From positions 16,202-80,201 of the IMG/VR virus record IMGVR_UViG_3300010167_000019: DNA of 64,000 nucleotides. One strand, 5' to 3'. Shown here one piece after another: positions 17,675 through 26,191 of the stretch. This DNA comes from a virus. Lineage: Duplodnaviria; Caudoviricetes. Below the pieces are notes generated by a model that was not told the origin of the DNA, ran no database searches, and saw only the letters and a program-made list of their open reading frames with translations. The number at the start of each line of letters is the position of its first letter. Within the stretch, counting starts at the first letter, position 1. The translations under genes were made by a program, and so were the position numbers.

Positions 17675-19348
17675 ATGGCTGTTATCACCTCCAAGAATCC
17701 TAAGGTGGAAATTCTTTCCCATGATCAGCTAGCACCTAGTAAGAAAACTGCAATCCTGACTACCCCTGATCAGTATAGCTGTACTTGGGAAATTCCTAGC
17801 AATGAAACCATGGATCCTATTCTCTATACCTTTGAACTTTTAATCGATGAAAAGTCTACTGGCATGTTAGCCTACGTAACTGTTATGCCAGAAGGTATCA
17901 TCATTGAAAATTCGGATGTCGTTGATTTTTGGGTATCGCCTGATGTTATGAGCAGTAACGGAGGAGTAGCAACCTTCTACATCAACCTTCGTGTGGCTAT
18001 GCAACCAACCCTGAAGATTTTGACTGATCTCCCTATCGTGTTGCAAAATTCTGAACTCTACCTCTACGGCACTAAGGATGATCATATTTTACTTTCTGGC
18101 TCTGATCCCTTTGCTGGCTTGTGGCTTTACGATTGGGAATCTAACACTTTAGAATCCATTTTCAATTGGGGAAGTTATGATCGCTGTATTGAAACAAAAA
18201 AGAAGGAACTTTTCCTATTGAATAGCCAGAATAATAATACCCTCTACCTGAAGGCTGTACCAGATTGCCTTCCTCTTGGTCCAAGTGGCGATCTCTATTT
18301 TGAAAATTCTCTAGGTGATTTATTCTGCCTAGATAGCAACACTCAGACCCTCAAACATTGGAATGGTGCTAGCTTTGTTAATCTGGCAACTGACCTGACA
18401 GGCTACGCTAAGTTTAACTTCTCTGAGAGTAGAGGGTATCTTTTCTTAACTTGCTCTAAGGGATCAGAGACTAAAGTTTTCCATTGGCAAAATAATTCCT
18501 TCCAATCTAATTCTATCCTTTCTGCAGAGGATGATTCTGTCCACTGGTTTGAAACTACTGATGCTATCTGCTGTGCCGTAGGTCAACATATCTTAACCTG
18601 GGATGAAGAAGACAGCTGCTTCATCAAGCTAACTACAGTCCCCGGAGTAAAGTTTACCAAAGTGCATGTGACTAGAAGGAAAAGAATTTTCTTACTGGCT
18701 GACTCTTCAACCTCTAAGAAAATATACACTTGGCATAAAAATAGCCAAGAGATCGTAGAGGTATATTCTTCTCCAAGTTCCTTCAAGCATTTTTATGAAA
18801 CTCGCAGTGGAGAAGTATTTATAGGCTCAGAGGGAACAGGAGGGATTATTCGTCTAGTCGATCATTCTTTTGTTTCGGTGTATGAAAATGGTTCTGACTG
18901 GGAATGTTGGCATGACACTTACAATGACTTAGTATTTGTCTCCTCAGGCTATTCCACTACCTCTGGTGTCTACCGATGGAATGGTAATTCTACTCTCTCG
19001 CAAGTTTTTCCTTCCGGCTATGGGTGGAAATATTTAGACCAGAGGTCCAGTAAGATTCGTTTGGCTAATGATCGAGCTGAGGGTTGTTTAATCTGGGACA
19101 CCAGTCTGAATAAATTTATCCTAGACCCAGATGTCAATTCTGATTTTTCTGGACAGCCTATTATCTTTCATGCCTCTGGTAGTACAGTCAATGGGGAAAC
19201 AAAGATTTGGAATTACAAACGTCTCTTCACCAAGGTAGATGGAAATTACGATTTAAGTAAAGTGGTCCGAGCCAACTATCACTTTGCTATTCCGGAATTG
19301 GCTGATCATGTCACTAAACTAGTGATCGGTAAAATGGAATCTGATTAA
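17675..19348 (+). CDS. beta-propeller-like virion protein, paralog 1 of 3
   Basis: Repeated Trp/Tyr beta-blade motifs; N- and C-terminal modules shared with 33227 and 57626. Confidence 0.55.
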   Translation: MAVITSKNPKVEILSHDQLAPSKKTAILTTPDQYSCTWEIPSNETMDPILYTFELLIDEKSTGMLAYVTVMPEGIIIENSDVVDFWVSPDVMSSNGGVATFYINLRVAMQPTLKILTDLPIVLQNSELYLYGTKDDHILLSGSDPFAGLWLYDWESNTLESIFNWGSYDRCIETKKKELFLLNSQNNNTLYLKAVPDCLPLGPSGDLYFENSLGDLFCLDSNTQTLKHWNGASFVNLATDLTGYAKFNFSESRGYLFLTCSKGSETKVFHWQNNSFQSNSILSAEDDSVHWFETTDAICCAVGQHILTWDEEDSCFIKLTTVPGVKFTKVHVTRRKRIFLLADSSTSKKIYTWHKNSQEIVEVYSSPSSFKHFYETRSGEVFIGSEGTGGIIRLVDHSFVSVYENGSDWECWHDTYNDLVFVSSGYSTTSGVYRWNGNSTLSQVFPSGYGWKYLDQRSSKIRLANDRAEGCLIWDTSLNKFILDPDVNSDFSGQPIIFHASGSTVNGETKIWNYKRLFTKVDGNYDLSKVVRANYHFAIPELADHVTKLVIGKMESD

Positions 19349-19383
19349 AATAAGAGGTCCCAAATTGGGACCTCTTATTTTAA
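19345..19383. terminator. bidirectional terminator, 19-bp arms with 1-nt spacer
   Basis: ttaaaataagaggtcccaa-a-ttgggacctcttattttaa. Confidence 0.85.
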
Positions 19384-19385
19384 CT

Positions 19386-19925
19386 TTAATCAGGCAAGTA
19401 GGAAAGTAAATCATCTAGATCATTGGTAATTATTTCTTCCAGTGTCCATGGACATTCTGATGGTAATGCTGTCAGTATCTTTTTAAGATTAGGAGTCTTG
19501 ATCTTACTTTCTGTGGCATGCTCTCTGTAGGCATCGATACCATCTAAGTAGATATCAGGTAAAGCTTCTTTCAAATGATTGATCAGATTGGTTTGCTGAT
19601 CCTTTCGTCCCCAATTCAAATCATCTCTTAAACTTCTACGAAACTCCACTATTTCAATTGAGATGTGATTGTGGCTATCTTCATCCATCCCGTATTTCAA
19701 GATGAGCAGGTGTTCAACGATGAGTCGTAAATAGCTCTTAGAGGATTTGAGAACATTTCTACTTTCATTGAAGATCTCGGCACATAGTTCAACGAACTCT
19801 CCCTTGGTGATTGTATTCTCAGTGAAAGCAATTAGCAGTTGAGCAAATCTTTGTCCCTGATCAACTATCTCTTCTAGCCTCTGTATAGCAGCGTTCACAA
19901 TTTTTTCATCGGTCATCTTTTTCAC
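19386..19925 (-). CDS. DUF29-like protein, array copy 6
   Basis: LRLIVEHLLILKY...EFRRSL...LPSECPWTLEEI matches the DUF29 pattern. Confidence 0.7.
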   Translation of the reverse strand: MKKMTDEKIVNAAIQRLEEIVDQGQRFAQLLIAFTENTITKGEFVELCAEIFNESRNVLKSSKSYLRLIVEHLLILKYGMDEDSHNHISIEIVEFRRSLRDDLNWGRKDQQTNLINHLKEALPDIYLDGIDAYREHATESKIKTPNLKKILTALPSECPWTLEEIITNDLDDLLSYLPD

Positions 19926-19928
19926 CTC

Positions 19929-20450
19929 TTAGATTTCAGGTAGCTCAAGGATTAAGTCTGCTACTCTACTCTCGAGTAATTCCTCTAAAGTCCAAGGGCA
20001 TTCTTTTGGCAATGCTACTAATATCTTTTTGAGCTTAGGAGTTTTGATTCTACTTACTGTGGCACGTTCTCTATAAGCATCGATGCCGTATAAGTAGATA
20101 GCAGGGAGAGAATCTTTCAAATGATCGATCAGATTGGTCTCTTGATTCTTTCTCCCCCATAACAAATCGCACCTTAAGCTTCTGCGAAATTCAACTATCT
20201 CCCAGAGAAGGAAATTCCGACTCTCTTCCTCTACCCTATATTGTAGTAGGAGTAAATGTTCAATGATAAGTCGTAGATAACTCTGAGAGGTTTTATAAAT
20301 GTTAGATCTATCTAGATGATTGAAGATTTTCCTACATATTTCGATGAACTCATCCTTGCTGATCTTATTCTCTGTGAAGGCGATTACTATTTCCGAAAAT
20401 CTTTCTTCACTATCGATTATTTCGTCTAGTTTCATCTTCTCGTTGGCCAT
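19929..20450 (-). CDS. DUF29-like protein, array copy 5
   Basis: LRLIIEHLLLLQY...LPKECPWTLEEL. Confidence 0.7.
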   Translation of the reverse strand: MANEKMKLDEIIDSEERFSEIVIAFTENKISKDEFIEICRKIFNHLDRSNIYKTSQSYLRLIIEHLLLLQYRVEEESRNFLLWEIVEFRRSLRCDLLWGRKNQETNLIDHLKDSLPAIYLYGIDAYRERATVSRIKTPKLKKILVALPKECPWTLEELLESRVADLILELPEI

Positions 20451-20454
20451 CTTC

Positions 20455-21092
20455 TCACCTCATGTCAGATTGTAGGTAGTTTAAGAAGTAACACGTTGAT
20501 GCTCCCTTCCACTAATTCCTCTAAGGTCCAGGGACAATCTTTTGGTAAAGCTTTTAAAATTAATTTAAGATTAGGATTTGGGAATGGGTTGCTATCATCT
20601 TCTTCGTGATCCTTATATGTTTTGATTCCCCTCTTATAGATCAGAGGCATGATCTCTCTTAGGTTATTGATTATAACAGTTTCCCTGGTTTTAAGATCCC
20701 AATCCAAACAATCGCTCAAGTTCAACTGGAACGTTCTAATTTCCTGTCTAAGGTGGTTCCAAGCAGTTGTGTCCACTCCATATTTTAATATGAGTAGGTG
20801 TTCAATGATAAGTCGTATAAAACTTCGCGCTGACTTTTCGATGTTTTGATCCTCATGAAAGATGTCACTACACTGTTCAATGAACTCTTCATCCGTGAGT
20901 TCATTTTTTGTGTAGGCAATAAAAGTTTTAGCAAATCTTTGTCCGTCACTTACAATATTCTGTAACTCTTGCAGCAAGGCCCTTACCATTTTTTCTTCAG
21001 CCATCTTTCTTCACCTCATGTCAGATTGTAGGTAGTTTAAGAAGTAACACGTTGATGCTCCCTTCCACTAATTCCTCTAAGGTCCAGGGACA
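20455..21092. repeat. 82-bp perfect direct repeat (20455-20536 and 21011-21092)
   Basis: Identical 3' ends plus downstream RBS of DUF29 copies 4 and 3. Confidence 0.85.
20465..21004 (-). CDS. DUF29-like protein, array copy 4
   Basis: IRLIIEHLLILKY...LPKDCPWTLEEL. Confidence 0.7.
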   Translation of the reverse strand: MAEEKMVRALLQELQNIVSDGQRFAKTFIAYTKNELTDEEFIEQCSDIFHEDQNIEKSARSFIRLIIEHLLILKYGVDTTAWNHLRQEIRTFQLNLSDCLDWDLKTRETVIINNLREIMPLIYKRGIKTYKDHEEDDSNPFPNPNLKLILKALPKDCPWTLEELVEGSINVLLLKLPTI

Positions 21093-22011
21093 CTGTTCAG
21101 GTAAGGATCTTGTGATTGTTTTCAGGTTAGGATTCTCTTTATCGTGATCGCGGTAGGTTCTAATGCCCCTTAGATAGATCAGAGGCATAAGCTCTCTCAA
21201 TTTGTTGATGACAGTCGTCTCTTGGGTCTTGAGCCCCCAGTTTAAATCCTCATCTAAATTTTTCTGGAAGGCTTCGATTTCATTACTGATATGACGATGT
21301 GCAGTTATATCCACCCCGTACTTTAGTAAAAGCAGATGTGCAATGATAAGTCGTAAGAAGCTCCGGGATGATCTTTCAAGATTTCCGGCTTCATTGAAGA
21401 TCTCGGCACATAGTTCAATGAACTCTCCCTTAGTAATCGTATTCTCAGTGAAAGCAATTAACGTATGAGCAAATTTCTGACCATCATTCGCGATGTTCTG
21501 TAGTTCCTGTAAAATAGCTCTGGCCATGTCTTCCTCAATCATTCCTCTACTCCTTTCTAAAGTTCAGGTAACCTGAGAATTAAGTCTTCAGGTTCACCTT
21601 CTACTAGCTCATCTAAAGTCCAGGGACATTGTTCCGGTATAGACTCTAAGATCACCTTGAGATTAGGATTCTTTTTGTCGCTATTCGTATAGGTCCTAAT
21701 TCCAGCAGCATAGATCTGAGGCATCTCCTCTTCTAGATTATTGATTATCAATGTCTCCTGGGTCTCAAGATCCCAATCCAAATAGATGATCAGATCCATT
21801 TGATTTTTTATGAGCTCGTACTCAAAATCATCCCAGGGACTCACATCTATCTGGTACTTTAACAAAAACAGATGTTCGATGATCTGCCGTAGAAAATTCC
21901 GTGCTTCTTTCTGAATGTTTTTATCCGCGGGGAAAATGTCACTACACTGTTCAATGAACTCTTCATCCGTGAGTTCATTTTTTGTGTAGGCAATAAAAGT
22001 TTTAGCAAATC
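20862..22011. repeat. 76-bp perfect direct repeat (20862-20937 and 21936-22011)
   Basis: Identical N-terminal coding block of DUF29 copies 4 and 2. Confidence 0.85.
21021..21542 (-). CDS. DUF29-like protein, array copy 3
   Basis: LRLIIAHLLLLKY...LPEQCPWTLEEL. Confidence 0.7.
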   Translation of the reverse strand: MIEEDMARAILQELQNIANDGQKFAHTLIAFTENTITKGEFIELCAEIFNEAGNLERSSRSFLRLIIAHLLLLKYGVDITAHRHISNEIEAFQKNLDEDLNWGLKTQETTVINKLRELMPLIYLRGIRTYRDHDKENPNLKTITRSLPEQCPWTLEELVEGSINVLLLKLPTI

Positions 22012-22078
22012 GTTGTCCATCGTTTATGGTCTTCCGCAATTCTTCTATCAAGGGATTCACTGCTTTTTCGTCACTCAT
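21557..22078 (-). CDS. DUF29-like protein, array copy 2
   Basis: LRQIIEHLFLLKY...IPEQCPWTLDEL. Confidence 0.7.
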   Translation of the reverse strand: MSDEKAVNPLIEELRKTINDGQRFAKTFIAYTKNELTDEEFIEQCSDIFPADKNIQKEARNFLRQIIEHLFLLKYQIDVSPWDDFEYELIKNQMDLIIYLDWDLETQETLIINNLEEEMPQIYAAGIRTYTNSDKKNPNLKVILESIPEQCPWTLDELVEGEPEDLILRLPEL

Positions 22079-22093
22079 TCTTTTCCATCCTTT

Positions 22094-22615
22094 CTAAAGT
22101 TCAGGTAGTCTGAGAATTAAGTCTTCAGGTTCACCTTCTACTAGCTCATCTAAAGTCCAAGGACACTGTTCAGGCAAGGAGTTCATGATCTGCTTGAGGT
22201 TTGGATTCTTCCTATCATGTCGCTTGTACGTTCTAATCCCTTGTAAATAGATCAGGGGTAAAAGATCTATTAAGTCGTTGATAATTGTTGTCCGTCGAGG
22301 ACCATGCCACCAGGCTAAATTCTTAGCCAAACTTTTTTGATATCCTCTGATCTCATGAGTGAGATGTTTACGGGCGGTCGTATCTATTCCGTACTTTAAT
22401 AGAGGTAGATGTTCAATGATATTTTTTAAAAAACTCTTTGAGGATTTTTCGATACTCCCATCCTCTTGGAATATCTCTGTGCATAATTCACTGAATTCAT
22501 CCTTGGTAATTTTATTTTCGGTAAAGGCAATCAGTGTCTGAGCGAACCTTTGACTGTCATTCGCAACATTCTTCAGTTCCAGTAAAATAGCTCTGGCCAT
22601 GTCTGCACCAATCAT
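22094..22615 (-). CDS. DUF29-like protein, array copy 1
   Basis: LKNIIEHLPLLKY...LPEQCPWTLDEL. Confidence 0.7.
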   Translation of the reverse strand: MIGADMARAILLELKNVANDSQRFAQTLIAFTENKITKDEFSELCTEIFQEDGSIEKSSKSFLKNIIEHLPLLKYGIDTTARKHLTHEIRGYQKSLAKNLAWWHGPRRTTIINDLIDLLPLIYLQGIRTYKRHDRKNPNLKQIMNSLPEQCPWTLDELVEGEPEDLILRLPEL

Positions 22616-22686
22616 TCTTCATATCCTCCTATCACAAACTCGGTGTCATTGCCTACTCTCAACTGACTATCATTTGGATCATACAT
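22612..22686 (-). CDS. 24-aa leader peptide coupled to the DUF29 array
   Basis: AAGGAGG RBS, MYDPNDSQLRVGNDTEFVIGGYEE; its TGA overlaps the ATG of copy 1 (ATGA). Confidence 0.6.
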   Translation of the reverse strand: MYDPNDSQLRVGNDTEFVIGGYEE

Positions 22687-22730
22687 AATTTTGCCTCCTT
22701 TCTTCATGCTTATTTCTTTCCCTGTACTTT

Positions 22731-22740
22731 AGAATATATA
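22731..22740 (-). promoter_or_regulatory. early-type promoter for the DUF29 array
   Basis: TATATATTCT upstream of the leader peptide. Confidence 0.5.
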
Positions 22741-22764
22741 TTCATAGAATCAGCGAATACGTTA

Positions 22765-22800
22765 GATAAAGAGAGGGAGGAATTCCTCCCTCTCTTTATC
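22765..22800. terminator. terminator, perfect 36-bp palindrome
   Basis: gataaagagagggaggaa|ttcctccctctctttatc. Confidence 0.8.
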
Positions 22801-24301
22801 ATAACATTTGTACTCCGACAATATTTTCAATGTAGGTGTCAAAGGTGGAAGCTAATTTATCTGCTCCCTCAGTCACATTATTTTTCTTAAGTAAGTCATT
22901 ATATTTTTCAGCTGTCTTATAAACAGCCTTATCCGTTATGGCAAAGAAAATCACCTCATTGGCACTAGCAGCAAAGAGCAAAAACTTTTTAAAGTCATTG
23001 CGAGGATTAACCTTCTTAAGTTCAGATAAAGCAAAGAAGGTCAAATCATCTTCTAGGACACAGAGCAAAGGATTGGCTAGACGATAAAAGTAGCGCATCT
23101 CATCAGGGACAAAGGGATAGGTGAGATCAAAGGCATCTTGATCAAAGACACTGCCGAAAGTATTTTTAGGACGTAAACGTTTAGAGTACTCGATGAACTC
23201 AATGTAGAGCGCTTTACGTTTAACACCATTCTTCGGACTTTCATCCCGATCAGTTTGCTTCGGTCTACTTTCTCCCTCTAGGCTAGGAGGTTCTTCAATC
23301 TTTTCTACTTCGACAGGTTCTTCGACAACAGGTTCTGGATCTTCAGGAACTTCTTCTACTTCCGGTGGAATCTCTTCAGGAATTTCCTCTGGTGGGACTT
23401 CCTTCTCCTCTTCCTTTTGCCGAACTCGATTTAAGACAGCTGTAGTGACATCGACTGGTTTCTCCTTTTCCTCAATGTCAGCATCCTCATCTACACTTTC
23501 TTCCTCTTCTGGGATGTCAGGTGGAGGATCTTCCGTTGCTTCTGTAATAGCCTTGCCGTAAGGAACAGCAAACCATTCCCAGGTGTATTGCTCCTTCCCA
23601 GGTTTAGAGTAAAAGCGATGATCCTGTTCCTTGAATTGGTAAGTAAGATTCTTTCTAGATTTACACATAGCCTCACTGATGATGGTAGCCTTGATTCCTT
23701 TATATTTACCAGAACTGACTGTAATCTCAGATTCTGATCTACCGAACCTAACCCCTTCCAGAGAGTTGAGAATTTTTTGAAATTCTTCTGGGACTTCCGG
23801 TTGGTAAGATTCAGTAAGGTATGAGTTTATATCTTCGAAGTTGAAATCAATTCTTTCTGAAATAGACATGGTAGAGTCTTCATAGATTTGCAGTTCCTTG
23901 TAATGACGCTCCAGGTGTTCTTTCACATCACGGCTAAAGATACCCTGTTGCTTAGCTCTTTTGTAGGCAGCTACCACCCCAGGTTTAGATAAGACCAATT
24001 TATCTCCTCTGATCGTATGATGCGGGTACTTACATCCACTACGACTATAGGGTGTTACACCGTGAGGACTATTTTTGATCTTGTTGACAGGGGCTATCAA
24101 ATAAGTCTCCTTCAGAAAGTCTTGCCAACTTTTGTTGTTAGGATTATTGGCTGTCTCATAACCGTCATTGTTATCCGTATCATCAAAGTAATGACTGCCC
24201 AACAGCTTATCGTATAATTTAGCACCTGGGTCTTTCCATGTCCCTGACTTAATAGCTGCTTCCTCCGAATTGTCTATTTTTAAATTGATGAATCTACTCA
24301 C
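22799..24301 (-). CDS. putative head-associated protein with acidic Pro/Glu-rich linker
   Basis: 500 aa; YLTES, IISEA and AITEA motifs; PPEEIPEEIPPEVEE low-complexity segment. Confidence 0.55.
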   Translation of the reverse strand: MSRFINLKIDNSEEAAIKSGTWKDPGAKLYDKLLGSHYFDDTDNNDGYETANNPNNKSWQDFLKETYLIAPVNKIKNSPHGVTPYSRSGCKYPHHTIRGDKLVLSKPGVVAAYKRAKQQGIFSRDVKEHLERHYKELQIYEDSTMSISERIDFNFEDINSYLTESYQPEVPEEFQKILNSLEGVRFGRSESEITVSSGKYKGIKATIISEAMCKSRKNLTYQFKEQDHRFYSKPGKEQYTWEWFAVPYGKAITEATEDPPPDIPEEEESVDEDADIEEKEKPVDVTTAVLNRVRQKEEEKEVPPEEIPEEIPPEVEEVPEDPEPVVEEPVEVEKIEEPPSLEGESRPKQTDRDESPKNGVKRKALYIEFIEYSKRLRPKNTFGSVFDQDAFDLTYPFVPDEMRYFYRLANPLLCVLEDDLTFFALSELKKVNPRNDFKKFLLFAASANEVIFFAITDKAVYKTAEKYNDLLKKNNVTEGADKLASTFDTYIENIVGVQML

Positions 24302-24358
24302 TGTTCACTCCCCCTTTCTTTTAAGAAACAGTGAGTTGGTGGTAAAAAAAGGAGCCAA

Positions 24359-24673
24359 TTAGGCTCCTTGCAATTCATAGAGTATATTGGTTATTTTTAT
24401 GATGATAGTATGCCAATTGATAGTGTGAACCTCGCTAAATAGCCTTTGTCTAATCTCATCAGCTTCTTCACTTCTCATATTGAGTTTATATAAGTACGGA
24501 TTGCCCAAACTTTGTCTCAGCTGATAGAAGAAGCTCTCTAGATCGAAATCAAGTTGATACAACTCAATTTCCATTTCCTTGGCTAGGACCAGTTTCATAC
24601 CTGCATCGAAGAAATAATCGATCACACTATTGGCTTCCCTTAACAGCTGATCATCAACATGGCTCATGCTCAT
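24359..24673 (-). CDS. hypothetical protein
   Basis: ORF with GGAGG RBS in the early operon. Confidence 0.7.
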   Translation of the reverse strand: MSMSHVDDQLLREANSVIDYFFDAGMKLVLAKEMEIELYQLDFDLESFFYQLRQSLGNPYLYKLNMRSEEADEIRQRLFSEVHTINWHTIIIKITNILYELQGA

Positions 24674-24679
24674 ACCTCC

Positions 24680-25210
24680 TCAAGAATTTACAACATACAT
24701 GAATTCTTCCCAACCATTAAGGTTGAGGTTGATTCCGTTCCATCCAGAATATTCTTGTACACCACTGTCAGCTTCAGGAAATATCACTTTACCCTCCGGT
24801 GAGATAACCGAAATAACCTTGGCCACTCTATCCTCATTGTAGATTTTTATCTTCTCAGCCAAGGTCAATAAGGGATTTTCAAACTCGTATTCATCAGTTT
24901 CCTTTCCCTCTAAGATGTTACCATCGAATTGTAGGGATAGGTCTGAGAGGTGCAAGTATTGGCTAAATCTCCATGGCAAGCCATAGCCGTAATTGTTAGC
25001 AATTCCTTCTCGAGTACGCAACCATTCCACGTAGAAATATCCGTGATGTTCACTGACGGCAATGTAATACCCATGGATTTCAGGCCAGAGATAAGACCTT
25101 TCGTAGCCATACTCCAACATATCCCAGTAATAAATGATGCCCTTCGAAGCAATCGTCATGCACTGATACGCTGTGGATAGAGCCTCATCGTAATTTCTGA
25201 ATCTAATCAT
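24680..25210 (-). CDS. hypothetical protein
   Basis: ORF with AAGGAG RBS. Confidence 0.7.
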   Translation of the reverse strand: MIRFRNYDEALSTAYQCMTIASKGIIYYWDMLEYGYERSYLWPEIHGYYIAVSEHHGYFYVEWLRTREGIANNYGYGLPWRFSQYLHLSDLSLQFDGNILEGKETDEYEFENPLLTLAEKIKIYNEDRVAKVISVISPEGKVIFPEADSGVQEYSGWNGINLNLNGWEEFMYVVNS

Positions 25211-25224
25211 CTTCTCACTCCTTT

Positions 25225-25629
25225 CTAACCGTTGACAAATTCATCAATAACCATGCTGTCCGTACGGGCATGATAAAACTCTCGAAGGATTAATCCAGCC
25301 CTTCGATAAACCTCTTTACACTCGCCCGTAAAATCAACAAGCCTCTGGATGGAGTCACTTGGTGACAAATGGAAGGAATAAGTTCCTCTCACCTCTGGAC
25401 AGGCACGGGTTATCACCATGAGGTTATTCCAGCCTCTCCCAATATGTATGAGGAACCTGTCATGAGGATCATAAACACTAATACCTCTCGAGGCTGTCCA
25501 ATTACCTCGAACTTTTGGTCCGTAGGTACAAACTATCTTGCCACCCCAAAGCCTTTGTTCTTTGATGCTGAGACTCAGATCCATAATCTCTCCAAAGGAG
25601 ATACAATCTCTTTTCTCTCCAGTTTTCAT
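25225..25629 (-). CDS. hypothetical protein, paralog of 25643-26056
   Basis: Start reassigned to MKTGEK (GGAGG RBS); shares IS.GEIMDL..SI.EQ.LW.G. Confidence 0.7.
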   Translation of the reverse strand: MKTGEKRDCISFGEIMDLSLSIKEQRLWGGKIVCTYGPKVRGNWTASRGISVYDPHDRFLIHIGRGWNNLMVITRACPEVRGTYSFHLSPSDSIQRLVDFTGECKEVYRRAGLILREFYHARTDSMVIDEFVNG

Positions 25630-25642
25630 TCTTATCCCTCCT

Positions 25643-26056
25643 TCAACTACAGCTAGTGAGGACTTCATCATCATCACGGATTCCTGTCCGTTTCACCAGA
25701 TGGTAAAACTCTTGCATTACCAACACAGCCTGATGATAGGTTTTCCAATCCTCGAATTCCCATAACTTATAGATTGACTCATCCGAAGACAGATGGAAGG
25801 TTGTAGTTCCAATCAGATCAGTACAGGGATATGTGAGAGATAATAACTTTTCCTCTCCCCACACCTTTCTGATATGGAGAATATCATTCATATGGGGATC
25901 ATAAATCTTCAAGCCGTTATCCCAACCCTTGGCTCCAGGATATCTATGGTATATCGATCTAATCAGACTGCCACTCCAGAGTTTCTGCTCTCCAATGCTG
26001 CTAGTCAGGTCCATAATTTCTCCCAGGCTTATTTGAGTTCTTTCACTGCCTTTCAT
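25643..26056 (-). CDS. hypothetical protein, paralog of 25225-25629
   Basis: ISLGEIMDLTSSIGEQKLWSG...IYDPH....HI...W. Confidence 0.7.
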   Translation of the reverse strand: MKGSERTQISLGEIMDLTSSIGEQKLWSGSLIRSIYHRYPGAKGWDNGLKIYDPHMNDILHIRKVWGEEKLLSLTYPCTDLIGTTTFHLSSDESIYKLWEFEDWKTYHQAVLVMQEFYHLVKRTGIRDDDEVLTSCS

Positions 26057-26078
26057 CTTGTCTCCCCCTTGCTTTTAA

Positions 26079-26136
26079 AGTATAAAAGATGTTTCTTATT
26101 TCATCTTCTATCTACTATTAGAATATATCAGCATAA
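26079..26136 (-). promoter_or_regulatory. early promoter plus conserved 5' leader hairpin (copy 1)
   Basis: ATATATTCTAATAGTAGA then the UAGAAGAUG/CAUCUUUUA stem then TACT and RBS; similar elements at 32378 and 44026. Confidence 0.65.
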
Positions 26137-26151
26137 AGGATTAAAATACGA

Positions 26152-26187
26152 AAAAATAAAGGTGGTACTAGTACCACCTTTATTTTT
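26152..26187. terminator. terminator, perfect 36-bp palindrome
   Basis: aaaaataaaggtggtact|agtaccacctttattttt. Confidence 0.85.
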
Positions 26188-26191
26188 GCTT

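Noticed and set aside
19764-22170. CRISPR-like repeat array
   Set aside because: The repeats are 70-83 bp, lie inside coding sequence with gene-length spacing, and no cas genes are present.
19386-22615. Diversity-generating retroelement as the source of DUF29 variation
   Set aside because: No reverse transcriptase in the window, and mismatches between repeat blocks are not adenine-specific and are mostly silent.
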